Part shown: in pieces, positions 1 through 10,827 of the stretch
Numbering within the stretch: the stretch's first letter is position 1
Layout: the number at the start of each line of letters is the position of its first letter
Source of the DNA: an uncultured bacterium
GTDB lineage: Bacteria > Chloroflexota > UBA5177 > JANWHV01
Direction: 5' to 3'
Assembly (NCBI GenBank): GCA_963729625.1
Contig: CAVSOU010000008.1
Location: 608,001 to 672,000 of the forward strand
DNA length: 64,000 bases
Notes under the pieces: model-generated
What the model was told of the DNA's origin: nothing
The model's database searches: none
What the model saw: the letters and a program-made list of their open reading frames with translations, nothing else
Position numbers and translations under genes: made by a program

Positions 1-333
1 TTGGGCATCGTATCGCTCTACTTGCTGCTCGCGGTGCGTATCAGCACGCAGATCCGACCGCTGATCGGACAGCCCTGGTGGCGACGGCTGCACGGCCTGG
101 CCTTCGCCGTGTTCGCATTCTCTACTGTTCATGGTATGACAGCGGGAAGCGATATGCGCACGCCGTGGGCTATCGCCATGTACTGCACCGCCGTGCTGCT
201 GGTGGGCGGGCTTCTGCAGGTGCGTCTCTTGACGCCGATCGGCGCGCGCGGTCGCACGTATCCGAACCTCGCCGCCGGAGCGCTGGTGTTCACATTGGGC
301 TGCCTGGTGTGGACGCTGACCGCGCCCCTCTGA
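1..333 (+). CDS. Ferric reductase-like transmembrane protein, 5'-truncated by the window edge
   Basis: Hydrophobic helices with WRRLH...STVHG heme-ligand His spacing (MsrQ/ferric reductase-like). Confidence 0.7.
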   Translation: MGIVSLYLLLAVRISTQIRPLIGQPWWRRLHGLAFAVFAFSTVHGMTAGSDMRTPWAIAMYCTAVLLVGGLLQVRLLTPIGARGRTYPNLAAGALVFTLGCLVWTLTAPL

Positions 334-437
334 GGCGGAACTGTAGCGGAGAGTGAAGCCGAGGGCATGTGTCGGGCCGGAGAGCACGCCATGCCTCGGC
401 CAGTGCGGAGCTCAGCCCCTCACCAGCCTGAAAACGG

Positions 438-986
438 GTGTCCCTATCGTTCCCGTGGAGTTCGGTATACCGCCGAGGCAGTGCGCTGGGCGCGCATAGG
501 GGATTGGCCACGCGTGAACGCCCGTTCAACGGAATGCGGCAGGCCGGCTATGGTACAGTGGAGCCGCATGGGTACGAGAGCGCAACGAGGGGCCGCGAGT
601 GTGATTTCCTATGCAAGCGTGATCAAGTACTGCACTCAGACGCCCACCGGTTGGAGATCGACCTGCTGCGCGCCGGCACCCGGGCGCCGGACATACCGCA
701 TGGCGCCGCTCACGCGGCGGTGTTGCATCGTGCAGGAACCCTCATGCTCGAGACCTTGATCGGAACGCTACGCGAGCCCCTGCCGACGATCGCCGTACCC
801 TTGCGTGCACCGGTGGCCGATGTGCCGCTCGACCTGCAGGAACTGGTGGAGACCGTCTACGACCGCTATCGCTACGACGCGAGCGTCGAGTACGGAGACG
901 ACCCGCCGCCACCCCAGTTGCCGGAACCGGATATCCGCTGGCTTCGGGAGCGCGTCGAAGCGTGGCAGCAGCCACGGAGCCCCTGA
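438..986 (+). pseudogene. DUF4058 family protein, C-terminal half only
   Basis: KRDQVL..D.H.LEIDLLRAG, LREPLPTIAVPLR, LDLQELVETVYDRYRY, PPPP motifs are present; the usual N-terminal MPSPFPGMDPYLE segment is absent. Confidence 0.65.
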
Positions 987-1246
987 CGCCCACTGGCTGG
1001 CTCCGGCGATGCCGCGCCTCAATACTGCACCCGCTTAACTTTGCGGATACCGCCGAGGCACTATGCCCCAAAGTGCCGCGGTGAGAGTTTTTGAGAGCCC
1101 CAACCCTGCACGTGATAGCGTGCGGTGACCTACAGTGGCAACAGATCGAGCGCACGGCAGCAATCCCTGAATTCGGGTACGGTGTCTCGAATCGGGATGT
1201 CAGGGATGCAGCGGCACGCGTCGCTCCGCAGTGAGAGGAGAGGGAC

Positions 1247-3073
1247 ATGCTCTCGTTGTTCACTGGCCTTGCAGTGATCGTCGCGGTTGCCGCTATCCTG
1301 GCCTGTGCTCGCCCATCTCTCGCGCCGATGCCGCGCGTCGCCTGGCTGCCTCCGCGGGCAGTCACCTACTTTCTGGCTCTCGCCGCCTTGCTGACCATCC
1401 TGTTTGCCGCTGCCACCCTGCTCGCCGTTGGCGCCGCCCTGGTCACCGGACAAGTCGGCGACACTATCAGTCCGGGTGATGCCCGCGATCGTGCCAGTCT
1501 GGCCATCGCCGCCCTCATCGTCGCCCTGCCACTCTGGCTGGTGTTCTGGGCCGCAGCCAAACGCCGTCTGGCCCTTTCGCCGTCGGAGCAGGACGCCAAG
1601 GAGCGGCGCCTGTTCCTGGCCGCGGTCTTCGTCGTCACATCGGTGGTGGCGCTCTTTGCCCTTCAGTTTGTGCTGCAATCCGTGTTCACTTTGCCGGCTC
1701 CAGAGAATCAGCGCCCGACACTTGCCGGAGCAATCGACGCCGCTTCGCGCCTGGTGGTCTACGGGGCGGCCTGGCTCGCGTTCGCCCGTCTGGGTTGGCG
1801 CGAGCGGGCGCCGCGATCAGTCGATGCGTTCCACGACCTCGCGCTGGCCACGCTGGCCCTGTTTTCGCTCGGCTTCCTCTGGCACGGCCTCTTCGATGCC
1901 CTTCAGCAGATGCTTGGCGGCCTGGTCGGGCGGTCCTCCACCGGAGACTGGAGCGATCTTGTCCGGTCCAACTGGTCCATTTGGGGAGAGATCGCGGCGT
2001 GGATCCTGTCCGGCGCCACTGTCTGGACAGCGTACCTTGGCTACGATCTATCCCTGGGCGGACGGCGCCAGATACGGGTGCTGTACCTCTACGCGGTTGT
2101 GCTGTTCGCCGGCTGGGTGACCGTGATTATGGCCACTGTGACGACGTTCGAGCTCTTCCAGCGCCTGTTTGGCTACCGCCCACCATTCGGTGACCTGTGG
2201 GCATTTCTCGCCGATCAATTACCGTGGTTATTGCCCGCCGGCCTGATCTGGGCCGTGCACTGGCTCATCATTCGCCGGCAGGGGACCATCGACGGGCAGC
2301 CGCGGGAATTCGCCCGCGGGATCACCTGGCCCCGGCGGCCGGCCCTGGCTATCCAGGTCTTCTGCGGCCTGGGCATGGCAGGCGCAGGCATGCTCACCAT
2401 GATCTGGCTCGCCATCGATGCCCTATGGGGCCCTGGCGTTCCATACAGGGCGCCAGATTGGTGGCGAGAGCAACTGTGCTCTGGGCTCGCCGCGACATGT
2501 GTTGGACTTGCGCTCTGGCTGCCGGCGTGGCTGCTCTTGCAACGAGCCGCGGCGGCTTTGCCCATGCAGGAGCGTCCTGCGCGCTCCCGACGCGTACTGC
2601 TCAGTGGCATCGTCGTGACGACGGGTCTTGCCGCGCTTGGCTTCGCTATCGCCGCGCTCTGGCTGCTTATCCGCGCCGTGCTCGGCGAGGGGCTGGACGC
2701 AGCGGCGCGCGTGGAAACGCTGCAATACCTGTGCACGGCGCTGGCTGCCGGCTCCGTGTGCGCCGCACACGGCCTTGTCCTGCGCGAGGATCGGCGCTGG
2801 CAGATCCGGCGAGTTTCGCGCCTGCGTGTCTCAGTCCTGGTGGAGAATGGCGCCGGGGACATGCTTTCAGCCCTCAGTGCGCTGCCTGCAGTCAGGGTGG
2901 AGATCGTGGGTCATCTCGGCGAAGCGCAGGTCTTGCCCGGCCAGGATTTCCACGCTCTGGCCGCGCTCCTGGCTGAGCTACCCGATCACGACGGCCCGGA
3001 TGGCGCCGTCCTTGTGCTCGGGCGCACTGCCAGCACTTACTATCCCTATACTAAGGAAGCCGGCGCTCGTTAG
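1247..3073 (+). CDS. Polytopic membrane protein with repeated DUF5671-like units
   Basis: GAGGAG RBS; repeated 'R..V.YFLALAAL', 'A.LIVALPLWLVFW' and 'RVLYLY' units; soluble C-terminal tail. Confidence 0.65.
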   Translation: MLSLFTGLAVIVAVAAILACARPSLAPMPRVAWLPPRAVTYFLALAALLTILFAAATLLAVGAALVTGQVGDTISPGDARDRASLAIAALIVALPLWLVFWAAAKRRLALSPSEQDAKERRLFLAAVFVVTSVVALFALQFVLQSVFTLPAPENQRPTLAGAIDAASRLVVYGAAWLAFARLGWRERAPRSVDAFHDLALATLALFSLGFLWHGLFDALQQMLGGLVGRSSTGDWSDLVRSNWSIWGEIAAWILSGATVWTAYLGYDLSLGGRRQIRVLYLYAVVLFAGWVTVIMATVTTFELFQRLFGYRPPFGDLWAFLADQLPWLLPAGLIWAVHWLIIRRQGTIDGQPREFARGITWPRRPALAIQVFCGLGMAGAGMLTMIWLAIDALWGPGVPYRAPDWWREQLCSGLAATCVGLALWLPAWLLLQRAAAALPMQERPARSRRVLLSGIVVTTGLAALGFAIAALWLLIRAVLGEGLDAAARVETLQYLCTALAAGSVCAAHGLVLREDRRWQIRRVSRLRVSVLVENGAGDMLSALSALPAVRVEIVGHLGEAQVLPGQDFHALAALLAELPDHDGPDGAVLVLGRTASTYYPYTKEAGAR

Positions 3074-3960
3074 CGCAATCCGGCCAGGAGATCTCGCTCG
3101 GGTAGAGGCGCATCGACGGTAGAGCACACGCGCACGTACTCTTCGTCATCGAATGCGCGCAGCACGACCTCCGGTCGCACGCCGAACAGAAAGAATTCGG
3201 GCGCTATCTGCGTGCGATGGCAGCGAAGCGCCGCCAGCTTGCGTTCGGCGAAGCTCAGCGTGTCGATGCGCGTGGTGATGCGCTCGTCAGGAATGCCGCG
3301 GCGTGGCGAGCCAGGAGGCGGAGGAGTGCGCAGCCAGGGGATGTTGAGGTCGAGCTCCTCGGCCATCGCCCGCCAGCGATCGATCTGGGCCACGCTGCGT
3401 CCGCACATGTAGAGCTTCTTCGGCTGCCACGGCTCGCCGGCGTCCGAGTACTTCGACGCATCGCCCGCGGCGTCGAAGGTCCGGCCGGTGATCTGATAGG
3501 CCTTGATATGGTCGGGGTGTCCATAGCTGCCGTTTTCGTCATAGCTGACCAGGACGTGAGGGCGATACTTGCGGACGAGCCGCACCAGCCGGCCGGTGGC
3601 TTCCTCGGGGTCGGACATGTGGAAGCAATCCGGGTTCTGATTGGCCTCCGTGCCGGCCATGCCGGAATCTCGATACCCAAGGTACTCGAGCGTCTCGATG
3701 CCCAGGACGCGCGCGGCAGCCTCGAGCTCGCCTCTGCGCACGTCGCGAAGGCGAGAGCGTATGTCGGCCGTATTCAGGGCCGGATCGACGATCTCGCCCT
3801 CTTCGCCGCCCGTACAGCACACATTGATGGTATGGACACCCTGCTCCGCATATTGGGCCAGCATGCCGCCTGTCGCGAACACTTCGTCGTCGGGGTGGGC
3901 GTGCACGGTCATCACGGCCAGACGTTCAAACACTCTACCTGCCATGGTCCAATCACTCAT
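3070..3960 (-). CDS. PIG-L family deacetylase (MshB/Mca-like)
   Basis: VHAHPDDE, TGGEEGE, YRDSGM, GSYGHPDH and HRTQI motifs. Confidence 0.9.
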   Translation of the reverse strand: MSDWTMAGRVFERLAVMTVHAHPDDEVFATGGMLAQYAEQGVHTINVCCTGGEEGEIVDPALNTADIRSRLRDVRRGELEAAARVLGIETLEYLGYRDSGMAGTEANQNPDCFHMSDPEEATGRLVRLVRKYRPHVLVSYDENGSYGHPDHIKAYQITGRTFDAAGDASKYSDAGEPWQPKKLYMCGRSVAQIDRWRAMAEELDLNIPWLRTPPPPGSPRRGIPDERITTRIDTLSFAERKLAALRCHRTQIAPEFFLFGVRPEVVLRAFDDEEYVRVCSTVDAPLPERDLLAGLR

Positions 3961-4064
3961 CTGCGATAACGGATCTCATCTGAATAAAGTGTGCCTGCTG
4001 GTGCTCTTTAGCGCCAGATTGCGGACCATCACCCGCCCAAAAGCCACGCATCGTGCATTGAGCA

Positions 4065-4096
4065 GGCATGCACGCACGTTCTTCCTCGTGCATGCC
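4065..4096 (-). terminator. Stem-loop downstream of the MBL hydrolase gene
   Basis: 10-bp inverted repeat GGCATGCACG...CGTGCATGCC; no U-tract. Confidence 0.4.
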
Positions 4097-4124
4097 GGGC
4101 GTCCCACATCGTGTGTGGCGCGTG

Positions 4125-4715
4125 CTAGAAGCCGCGCTCGATCCATTCGGCAAGACGCGGCTTCTCGGCGCCGATTGTCGTGCTGCGGCCATGGCCTGGA
4201 TAGACAATGGTCGCGTCGGGAAGCGTGAACAGCTTGGCGCGAATGCTCTCGATGATCAATGCGAAGTCCCCACCCGGACGCTTGGTCAGGCCGGGCCCGC
4301 CGGGAAAAAGCGTATCCCCTGCGATGAGGAATGGCGCGGCATGGAGGCAGATACTGCCTGGCGTGTGCCCGGGAGTATGCAGCACCCTGAGCTCGGCCTC
4401 TCCGACGCGAACGACGTCGCCGTCAAGCAGCAAGCCGTCGACGGGTCGTCCATCCAGCAGATGCACGTCGTCGGGATGCATGGCCACAGGGGCACCGGTT
4501 GCTGCTCGTACCTCGTCAAGCGCCAGGAAGTGATCGCGGTCGCCATGGGTGATGACGATGAGCTCCAGCTCACGCGTGCCCAGCGCATCGAGAATCGCCT
4601 CCGCGTCGTTGGCCGGATCGACGAGCAGGCGCTTTCCGGTTGAGGAGCACGTGAGAATGTACACATTGTTGTCCATCGTGCCAACGGAGATGGATCTGAC
4701 GTCGAGCGCGCTCAT
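4125..4715 (-). CDS. MBL-fold metallo-hydrolase (glyoxalase II-like)
   Basis: THGDRDH, HTPGHTPGS, GDTLF and PGHG motifs; ATG overlaps the clpS stop (ATGA). Confidence 0.9.
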   Translation of the reverse strand: MSALDVRSISVGTMDNNVYILTCSSTGKRLLVDPANDAEAILDALGTRELELIVITHGDRDHFLALDEVRAATGAPVAMHPDDVHLLDGRPVDGLLLDGDVVRVGEAELRVLHTPGHTPGSICLHAAPFLIAGDTLFPGGPGLTKRPGGDFALIIESIRAKLFTLPDATIVYPGHGRSTTIGAEKPRLAEWIERGF

Positions 4716-5005
4716 ACAGCCTCTATGGTGCTCGTAAGCCCGTAGATCTGCTCGAATCGCTCGCGATAGTGCTCGGCCGGTTCCTTCGGGCACGTCGTAG
4801 CAATAGCCTGGCCGGTTGTGTCGACCAGCGTGGCGATTTCCCAGCCATCGTGAAAGGTCTTGCCCGGAATGACATGCTGCACCGCTTTCGCCACGTCGTC
4901 GTACGTATGAATCGGGTCGTCATGGATGATCACGTGGTATGGGCGAGTCAGTTTTACCTTGAGCCGCTCAAGCAACTCCTGATCCGGGACGGTGGATACG
5001 CTCAT
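4712..5005 (-). CDS. clpS: ATP-dependent Clp protease adaptor ClpS
   Basis: PYHVIIHDDPIHTYDDV...VDTTGQAIATTCPKEPAEHY...GLTSTIE matches the ClpS signature. Confidence 0.85.
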   Translation of the reverse strand: MSVSTVPDQELLERLKVKLTRPYHVIIHDDPIHTYDDVAKAVQHVIPGKTFHDGWEIATLVDTTGQAIATTCPKEPAEHYRERFEQIYGLTSTIEAV

Positions 5006-5129
5006 CGATGCCCCCGCTTCCATGCTGCGTGCGGATATCTCTCCCTTGACCCTCGTCAGCCCGAGGGGCTGAGCTGTGCTGCACTTCCTGCCGTACGCCC
5101 AACCCAGGAGAAACGGCAGACTGAGCGTG

Positions 5130-6308
5130 CTACGCGTGCGTGATCACTGCCGCACCGTCGGTTGCCCGGCAGCGATAGATTACAGCATCCCTACCGATAT
5201 GTTCCCGATACCCGGCAGACGTGGCCTCGGCGAAACGGTCAAACTTGGTTTCATCCACCAGGGCGATCGCGCAACCGCCAAAGCCGCCGCCCATCATACG
5301 GGCGCCGTAGCAGCCAGGCGCATTTTCGGCTGCGTCTACCATTGTGTCAAGCTCCTTGCAGCTTACCTCGTAGTCATCCCGAAGGCTGGCATGAGAGGCG
5401 CGCACGAGGGCGCCGGCTTTTGTCAGGTCATTGTTCCGGAACGCGGCGACACATTCAAGCGTCCGTACGTTTTCGCTTACCACATGATGGGCGCGGCGAT
5501 AGAGCATCTCTGGGAGGAATAACTTGAGATCAGTCAGCCACGCGGGATCGACGTCCCGCAGTGTGCGAATTCCCCCGACGTGGGGCCGCAACAGCGTAAC
5601 GGCCTCTTCGCACGAGCGTCGCCGATCGTTGTAGGCTGAGCCGGCAAGCGCCCTGCGAACCCTGGTGTCGCACAATCCGAGAACCAACCCTGCCGGAAGG
5701 GGCACCAGTTCGTGTGTTTGCGACCGGCAATCGAGCAACAAGGCGTGGTCTGCCTTGCCGTTGCGCGACGCATACTGATCCATGATTCCGACACGCACGC
5801 CCAGGTACTCATTCTCCACCCATTGGGAGATCAGCACGCTGGTGAGCGCGTCGACCGGAAACTCGGCGAGAGCCGAGATGAGCAGCACGGAGCCCACGCA
5901 TAGGGCAGCCGACGAGCTCATACCTGCCCCAGAGGGCACGTCGCCGGTGACGGCGACTTCCATGCCCGGCAGAATGGCGCCTCGTGCGCGCAAACCCGTG
6001 GCCACACCCGCGATGTATTTCATCCACTGATCGGCCGGCTTGGTGTCGCTAATCTCCCAGCTAGCCGACTGATCGAGGGTCTTCGTATAGGCCGCTATTG
6101 TCTGCCCCGGCACAATGCGGCCGGCGAGAAGCACGGCGCGATCGACCGCGGCAGGAAGCACGAAGCCTGCATTGTAGTCCGTGTGCTCACCAATGATATT
6201 CACTCGTCCCGGCGCCCGCACCACGATTGTCTTCGATTCGCGGGGGCCGAAGTGCTCATCGAGCAGTGTTGTCAAACGCAGCTCGGTAGGCTCGTCGGTT
6301 GCCTGCAT
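5130..6308 (-). CDS. galK: Galactokinase
   Basis: APGRVNIIGEHTDYN, PSGAGMSSSAA, GIMDQ and GARMMGGGFGG motifs. Confidence 0.95.
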   Translation of the reverse strand: MQATDEPTELRLTTLLDEHFGPRESKTIVVRAPGRVNIIGEHTDYNAGFVLPAAVDRAVLLAGRIVPGQTIAAYTKTLDQSASWEISDTKPADQWMKYIAGVATGLRARGAILPGMEVAVTGDVPSGAGMSSSAALCVGSVLLISALAEFPVDALTSVLISQWVENEYLGVRVGIMDQYASRNGKADHALLLDCRSQTHELVPLPAGLVLGLCDTRVRRALAGSAYNDRRRSCEEAVTLLRPHVGGIRTLRDVDPAWLTDLKLFLPEMLYRRAHHVVSENVRTLECVAAFRNNDLTKAGALVRASHASLRDDYEVSCKELDTMVDAAENAPGCYGARMMGGGFGGCAIALVDETKFDRFAEATSAGYREHIGRDAVIYRCRATDGAAVITHA

Positions 6309-6366
6309 TGCACTGTCTCCTCCCAGCTCGCCGGGACAATCCAAAACGATCCGCAGTGAGCCCTGT

Positions 6367-7146
6367 CTATTCTACATAGTAGTCCAGGCGCCTGACGGAT
6401 GATGCCAATCCGGTCTCGGTATTAATCTCCACTATGACAGAGTTTACGTCTACTGGACCTTCGGCGGGCTGCGCGTGATGGGACATGAGTGTCGTGAAGC
6501 CCGAGATCACCGGCTCGACAGCCATGCCGATAACCGACTGCCGGACGCCGACCATGCCGACGTCGGTCACGTAGGCCGTACCCCGTGGCAGGATCTGCAC
6601 ATCGGCGGTCGGGACATGCGTGTGCGTTCCCAGCACGGCGCTGACACGCCCATCGAGGTAGAACCCCATGGCCCGCTTTTCACTGGTTGCCTCGGCGTGA
6701 AAATCGACGATCACGACCCTCGTCCTGCCGCCGACTGTCGCCAACGCCTCGTCTACGGCACGAAACGGGTCGTCGATCGGACGCATGAACAATCGGCCGA
6801 GTGCGTTAAGCACGAGCACCGGCACAGGCCCGACCTGGAGCACCACGGCGCCTCTTCCAGGGACACTCGAGGGGTAATTGAGCGGGCGAAGCACACGAGA
6901 GTCCCGGTTGAGCAGGTCGGATGCTTCACGGCGATGCCAGACATGGTTGCCGGAGGTGATCGCGTCGACTCCCGCCTGAAAGAGGCTGTTGGCGCCGGAC
7001 ATCGTTACGCCGGCGCCGTGGGAGACGTTCTCGCCGTTCGCAATCACCAGGTCGATGGACTCGCGGCGCCGCAGTTCCGGCAGCGTGGCGGATATCGCCT
7101 CGCGACCGGGTCGCCCGAACACATCCCCAATGAACAAGAGGCGCAC
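6367..7146 (-). CDS. ymdB: YmdB-type metallophosphoesterase (TIGR00282)
   Basis: GDVFG, NGEN, SGNH, DFHAEATSEK and GTHTHV motifs; lies downstream of rny. Confidence 0.92.
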   Translation of the reverse strand: MRLLFIGDVFGRPGREAISATLPELRRRESIDLVIANGENVSHGAGVTMSGANSLFQAGVDAITSGNHVWHRREASDLLNRDSRVLRPLNYPSSVPGRGAVVLQVGPVPVLVLNALGRLFMRPIDDPFRAVDEALATVGGRTRVVIVDFHAEATSEKRAMGFYLDGRVSAVLGTHTHVPTADVQILPRGTAYVTDVGMVGVRQSVIGMAVEPVISGFTTLMSHHAQPAEGPVDVNSVIVEINTETGLASSVRRLDYYVE

Positions 7147-7253
7147 CTGCCGTTACCCTTCCGACCGGGCGTGACGCCAACGTACACGGCCCGTGTCTGG
7201 CGCTTCAGACGCGGGCGGTGTACGGGCGCGACTCCGGGTACAGGTGAAGAAGC

Positions 7254-8777
7254 CTAGCGCGCGATCTCGACAACGCGCTTCTCGCGGATCACCATGACCT
7301 TGATCTGCCCCGGGTAATCGAGATTCTCCTCGATCCGCTTTGCCACGTCGCGTGCCACACGCAGCGAGCCCAGATCGTCTACTTCGTCAGGCTTGACCGC
7401 GATTCGGAGCTCCCGGCCGGCTTGGATTGCGAAGCTTCGCTCCACGCCTGGGAAGCTGTTAGCAATCTCTTCGAGCGCCTCGAGGCGCTTGATATAGGTG
7501 CTGACGGTCTCGCGTCGCGCGCCTGGTCGCGCAGCCGAGATGGCATCGCCCGCGGCCACGATGAACGCTTCGATCGATTGCAGCTCTTCCTCTGCATGGT
7601 GCGCGGCGATGGCGTGCACGATCTTGGGCGACTTGCCCAGCCGCTTGCAAATGTCGGCGCCGATGATAGCGTGCGGCCCTTCGATATCGTGGTCGACGGC
7701 CTTGCCGATGTCGTGGAGCAGGCCAGCCTCCTTGCATATGTAGGGGTCGGCGCCAACTTCCGCCGCCATGGCCGCGCAGAGGATAGCCACTTCAACCGCG
7801 TGGTTGAGCACGTTCTGCCCATAGCTGGTGCGGAACTTCAGGCGGCCCAGCAGCTTCACCAGATCGGGATGAAGGCTGTGGACACCCGCATCAAACGCGG
7901 CACGTTCCCCTGCCTCGCGGATGGTGACGTCCACCTCGGCGCGAGCCTTGGCCACCACCTCCTCGATGCGGGCAGGGTGAATGCGGCCGTCGGCGATGAG
8001 CTTGGTCAACGACACGCGTGCCACCTCACGCCGAACGGGATCAAAACCGGAGAGGATCACGGCTTCAGGCGTATCGTCGATAATCAGATCGATGCCGGTA
8101 GCCGCTTCGAGTGCCCGGATGTTTCGACCCTCGCGGCCGATAATCCGTCCCTTCATCTCTTCATTCGGCAGATTGACGACCGAGACCGTGGTCTCAGCTA
8201 CCACGTCCGCGGCGCACCGCTGAATGGCGAGTCCGATGATCTTGTGCGCTCGCCGCTCCGACTCGAGCTTGGCTTCCGCCTCCAGATCGCGCACGCGCCG
8301 CTCGATGTCCGCTTTCACCTCGCTTTCGACCTGGGCGATGAGCAGTTGCCGGGCTTCTTCGCGAGGCAGCCCCGCGATACGCTCCAGGACGGCCATTTGC
8401 TCGGTCTTGAGCGCCTCAAGCTTCTCCTTGGCTGTATCCAGATCCTGCTCCTTCGTGGCGAGAACGCGTTCGCGCCGCTCCAGGCTTTCGGACCTGCGAT
8501 CGAGGCTCTCCTCCTTCTGTTGAATTCGGCGTTCCTGCCGCTGCGCGTCGGCACGACGTTCGCGGCTGTCAGCCTCAGCCTCCGATCGCAGGGCGAGAGC
8601 CTCGTCTTTGGCGACGAGCAGGATTTCTTTCTGTTTTGCTTCTGCCTCGAGCAGCACCTTCTCGGCACGGCTCTCCACGCCGTGCAGGCGCGCCCGCGGC
8701 AGGTAGTAGTAGAGAACGTATGCGACGACAAAGCCGACGATCAGGGCGATCACGGCGACAAGTACGGCGATCACCAT
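7254..8777 (-). CDS. rny: Ribonuclease Y
   Basis: N-terminal TM helix, coiled coil, KH domain ([13 protein letters not shown]), HD domain (LLHDIGKA). Confidence 0.97.
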   Translation of the reverse strand: MVIAVLVAVIALIVGFVVAYVLYYYLPRARLHGVESRAEKVLLEAEAKQKEILLVAKDEALALRSEAEADSRERRADAQRQERRIQQKEESLDRRSESLERRERVLATKEQDLDTAKEKLEALKTEQMAVLERIAGLPREEARQLLIAQVESEVKADIERRVRDLEAEAKLESERRAHKIIGLAIQRCAADVVAETTVSVVNLPNEEMKGRIIGREGRNIRALEAATGIDLIIDDTPEAVILSGFDPVRREVARVSLTKLIADGRIHPARIEEVVAKARAEVDVTIREAGERAAFDAGVHSLHPDLVKLLGRLKFRTSYGQNVLNHAVEVAILCAAMAAEVGADPYICKEAGLLHDIGKAVDHDIEGPHAIIGADICKRLGKSPKIVHAIAAHHAEEELQSIEAFIVAAGDAISAARPGARRETVSTYIKRLEALEEIANSFPGVERSFAIQAGRELRIAVKPDEVDDLGSLRVARDVAKRIEENLDYPGQIKVMVIREKRVVEIAR

Positions 8778-8839
8778 GTGCGGTACACCTCCCCCAAATG
8801 ACCAGACTGTGTACCGGAAGACAAGCGAGCGATCGTGAT

Positions 8840-10279
8840 CTAGCCTGTTTTCTCCAGAGCTATTGCTAGGCGCTTGAGACAGACGTCATGACCGAGGAGC
8901 TCCATACTTTCGAACAATGGAGGTCCAGCTTTGCTTCCGGTAATAGGCACGCGCGCCACCTCCGCCAGTTGGCGCATCTTGACAGCCGCGGTCTCCGCAA
9001 GAGCGCGGAACTCGATCTCGAGCGTTGCGTGGTCCCAGGTGGCAACGCGGCTGCACAGTTCAAAGGCCTGACACAATAGAGAACGACTGCCTTCGGGCCC
9101 AAGCTTCTTTTCGACCAGCGCGTCGCGCTCGTACTCCGGCTCGTGAAAGAAGAACCCCGCCAACGACGAGAACTCCGAGAGCCGATTGAGACGCGATTGA
9201 ACGAGCGGAACCACGGCCTGCACTAAGGCTTGGTCCGCATCCGCAGGAAGAAACGGCTGCAGCGCGTCCACGAACTCGCCCTCAGATAGCATCCTGATGT
9301 ACTGACCGTTGAGATCGTCGAGGCGGTGCATGTCGAAGATTGGGCCCCCCGCCACCACCCGGTCCCAGGCGAAAGCGGCGATGAATTCATCCAGCGAAAA
9401 GGTCTCGCGGCCATCAGGCATGGACCAGCCTTGAAGGGCGAGATAGTTCAGCAACGCCGCGGGCAGAAATCCCTGTCCGCGGTACCACTCCAACGAGGTG
9501 TTGTTCTTACGTTTAGAAATCTTGCTCTTGTCGACGTTCCGCATCAGCGGCATATGGATAAAAGCAGGCAACTCCCAACCCAGAGCGTTGTAGAGCACCA
9601 CGTGTTTCGGCGTGCTGGAGATCCACTCCTCGCCCCGCACAACATGCGTAATGCCCATCAGATGGTCGTCTACCACGACCGCCAGGTGGTATGTGGGGAA
9701 TCCGTCCGCCTTCAGCACCACGGGATCATCCTGCAGGTCGTTCCGGAATGACACCTGGCCACGAACGAGATCCGTAAATGTCGTCTCGCCGCTATCAGGC
9801 ATCTGGAGCCGAACTACGTGTGGAATACCCGCCCGCAGGTTCTCGGCCACGATTCCCGGATCGTGGTGCAGGCAGTGCCTGTCGTACTTTGGCGGAAGCT
9901 TGGCTGCTTCCTGCTCCTTGCGCATGGCATCCAGCCGCTCGCGCGTGCAGAAGCAATAGTAGGCACACCCATTCGCTCTGAGCTGTTCTGCATACCGGGC
10001 ATAGAGAGGGAGGCGCTCCGACTGACGGTACGGTGCGCACGGACCGCCTACATCCGGGCCTTCATCCCAATATAGGCCAAGCCAACGCAGAGCCTCGAAG
10101 ATTCTCCGTTCGGAGGCTTCGTCATAGCGCGCGCGATCCGTGTCCTCAATGCGCAGCACGAACCTGCCGTCGTTCTGGCGCACAAACGCGAAGTCGAACA
10201 GCGCCATGTAGGCCGTACCTATATGCGGATCGCCGGTAGGGCTTGGAGCAATACGAAGGCGAGGTCGAGCAGACGACAC
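8840..10279 (-). CDS. gltX: Glutamate--tRNA ligase
   Basis: [18 protein letters not shown] and KISKR (KMSKS-type) motifs. Confidence 0.96.
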   Translation of the reverse strand: MSSARPRLRIAPSPTGDPHIGTAYMALFDFAFVRQNDGRFVLRIEDTDRARYDEASERRIFEALRWLGLYWDEGPDVGGPCAPYRQSERLPLYARYAEQLRANGCAYYCFCTRERLDAMRKEQEAAKLPPKYDRHCLHHDPGIVAENLRAGIPHVVRLQMPDSGETTFTDLVRGQVSFRNDLQDDPVVLKADGFPTYHLAVVVDDHLMGITHVVRGEEWISSTPKHVVLYNALGWELPAFIHMPLMRNVDKSKISKRKNNTSLEWYRGQGFLPAALLNYLALQGWSMPDGRETFSLDEFIAAFAWDRVVAGGPIFDMHRLDDLNGQYIRMLSEGEFVDALQPFLPADADQALVQAVVPLVQSRLNRLSEFSSLAGFFFHEPEYERDALVEKKLGPEGSRSLLCQAFELCSRVATWDHATLEIEFRALAETAAVKMRQLAEVARVPITGSKAGPPLFESMELLGHDVCLKRLAIALEKTG

Positions 10280-10521
10280 GCAGCAGTCACACTTCTACAG
10301 CATCAAGCTACAGAGCTCTCATTGGATGTCACGGAACGTAGCAGTCCCGGCCAAAGCTCGTCAAGGAACCTGTACGTTAACCATACACGAAACCACGGGA
10401 GCATGGGGCGGGCCGCGCTTTTGAGCTCAATGTGGGCGAGTAGTTTGGCTCAGAATCCGAGTTGGCACACGCATGTATGCTGCACCCTATAACGGGTCAT
10501 AGGCTGTTGTAGAGACAGTTG

Positions 10522-10827
10522 CTAGAAGAACCCAAGCTCCAGCTTGGCGTCTTCACTCATCATGCTGGGATTCCAGAGCGGCTCCCACGAGAGCTTGGGA
10601 ATCACGGTCTGAATATCGGGCATGTGTCTCTTGAGCACTTCATCCATCTCGGCATCGATGTATTCATTCAGCGGGCAGGCCGGCGTGGTAAGCGTATAGG
10701 TGACGGTTACCGAGCGCTCGTCGACATCGACGCCACGAATCAGGCCCAAGTCCACCAGGTTGATTCCCAGCTCCGGGTCGTTGACCTCGCGCAGGAACTC
10801 CATTACTTCGTCTTCGGTGTGTGCCAT
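10522..10827 (-). CDS. sufT: DUF59/SufT Fe-S cluster assembly factor
   Basis: VNDPELGINLVDLGLI, TLTTPACPL and WEPLW motifs; last gene of the suf operon. Confidence 0.9.
   Translation of the reverse strand: MAHTEDEVMEFLREVNDPELGINLVDLGLIRGVDVDERSVTVTYTLTTPACPLNEYIDAEMDEVLKRHMPDIQTVIPKLSWEPLWNPSMMSEDAKLELGFF

Noticed and set aside
7422-8801. 459-aa ORF antisense to rny
   Set aside because: Shadow ORF expected from high-GC codon bias; no motifs.
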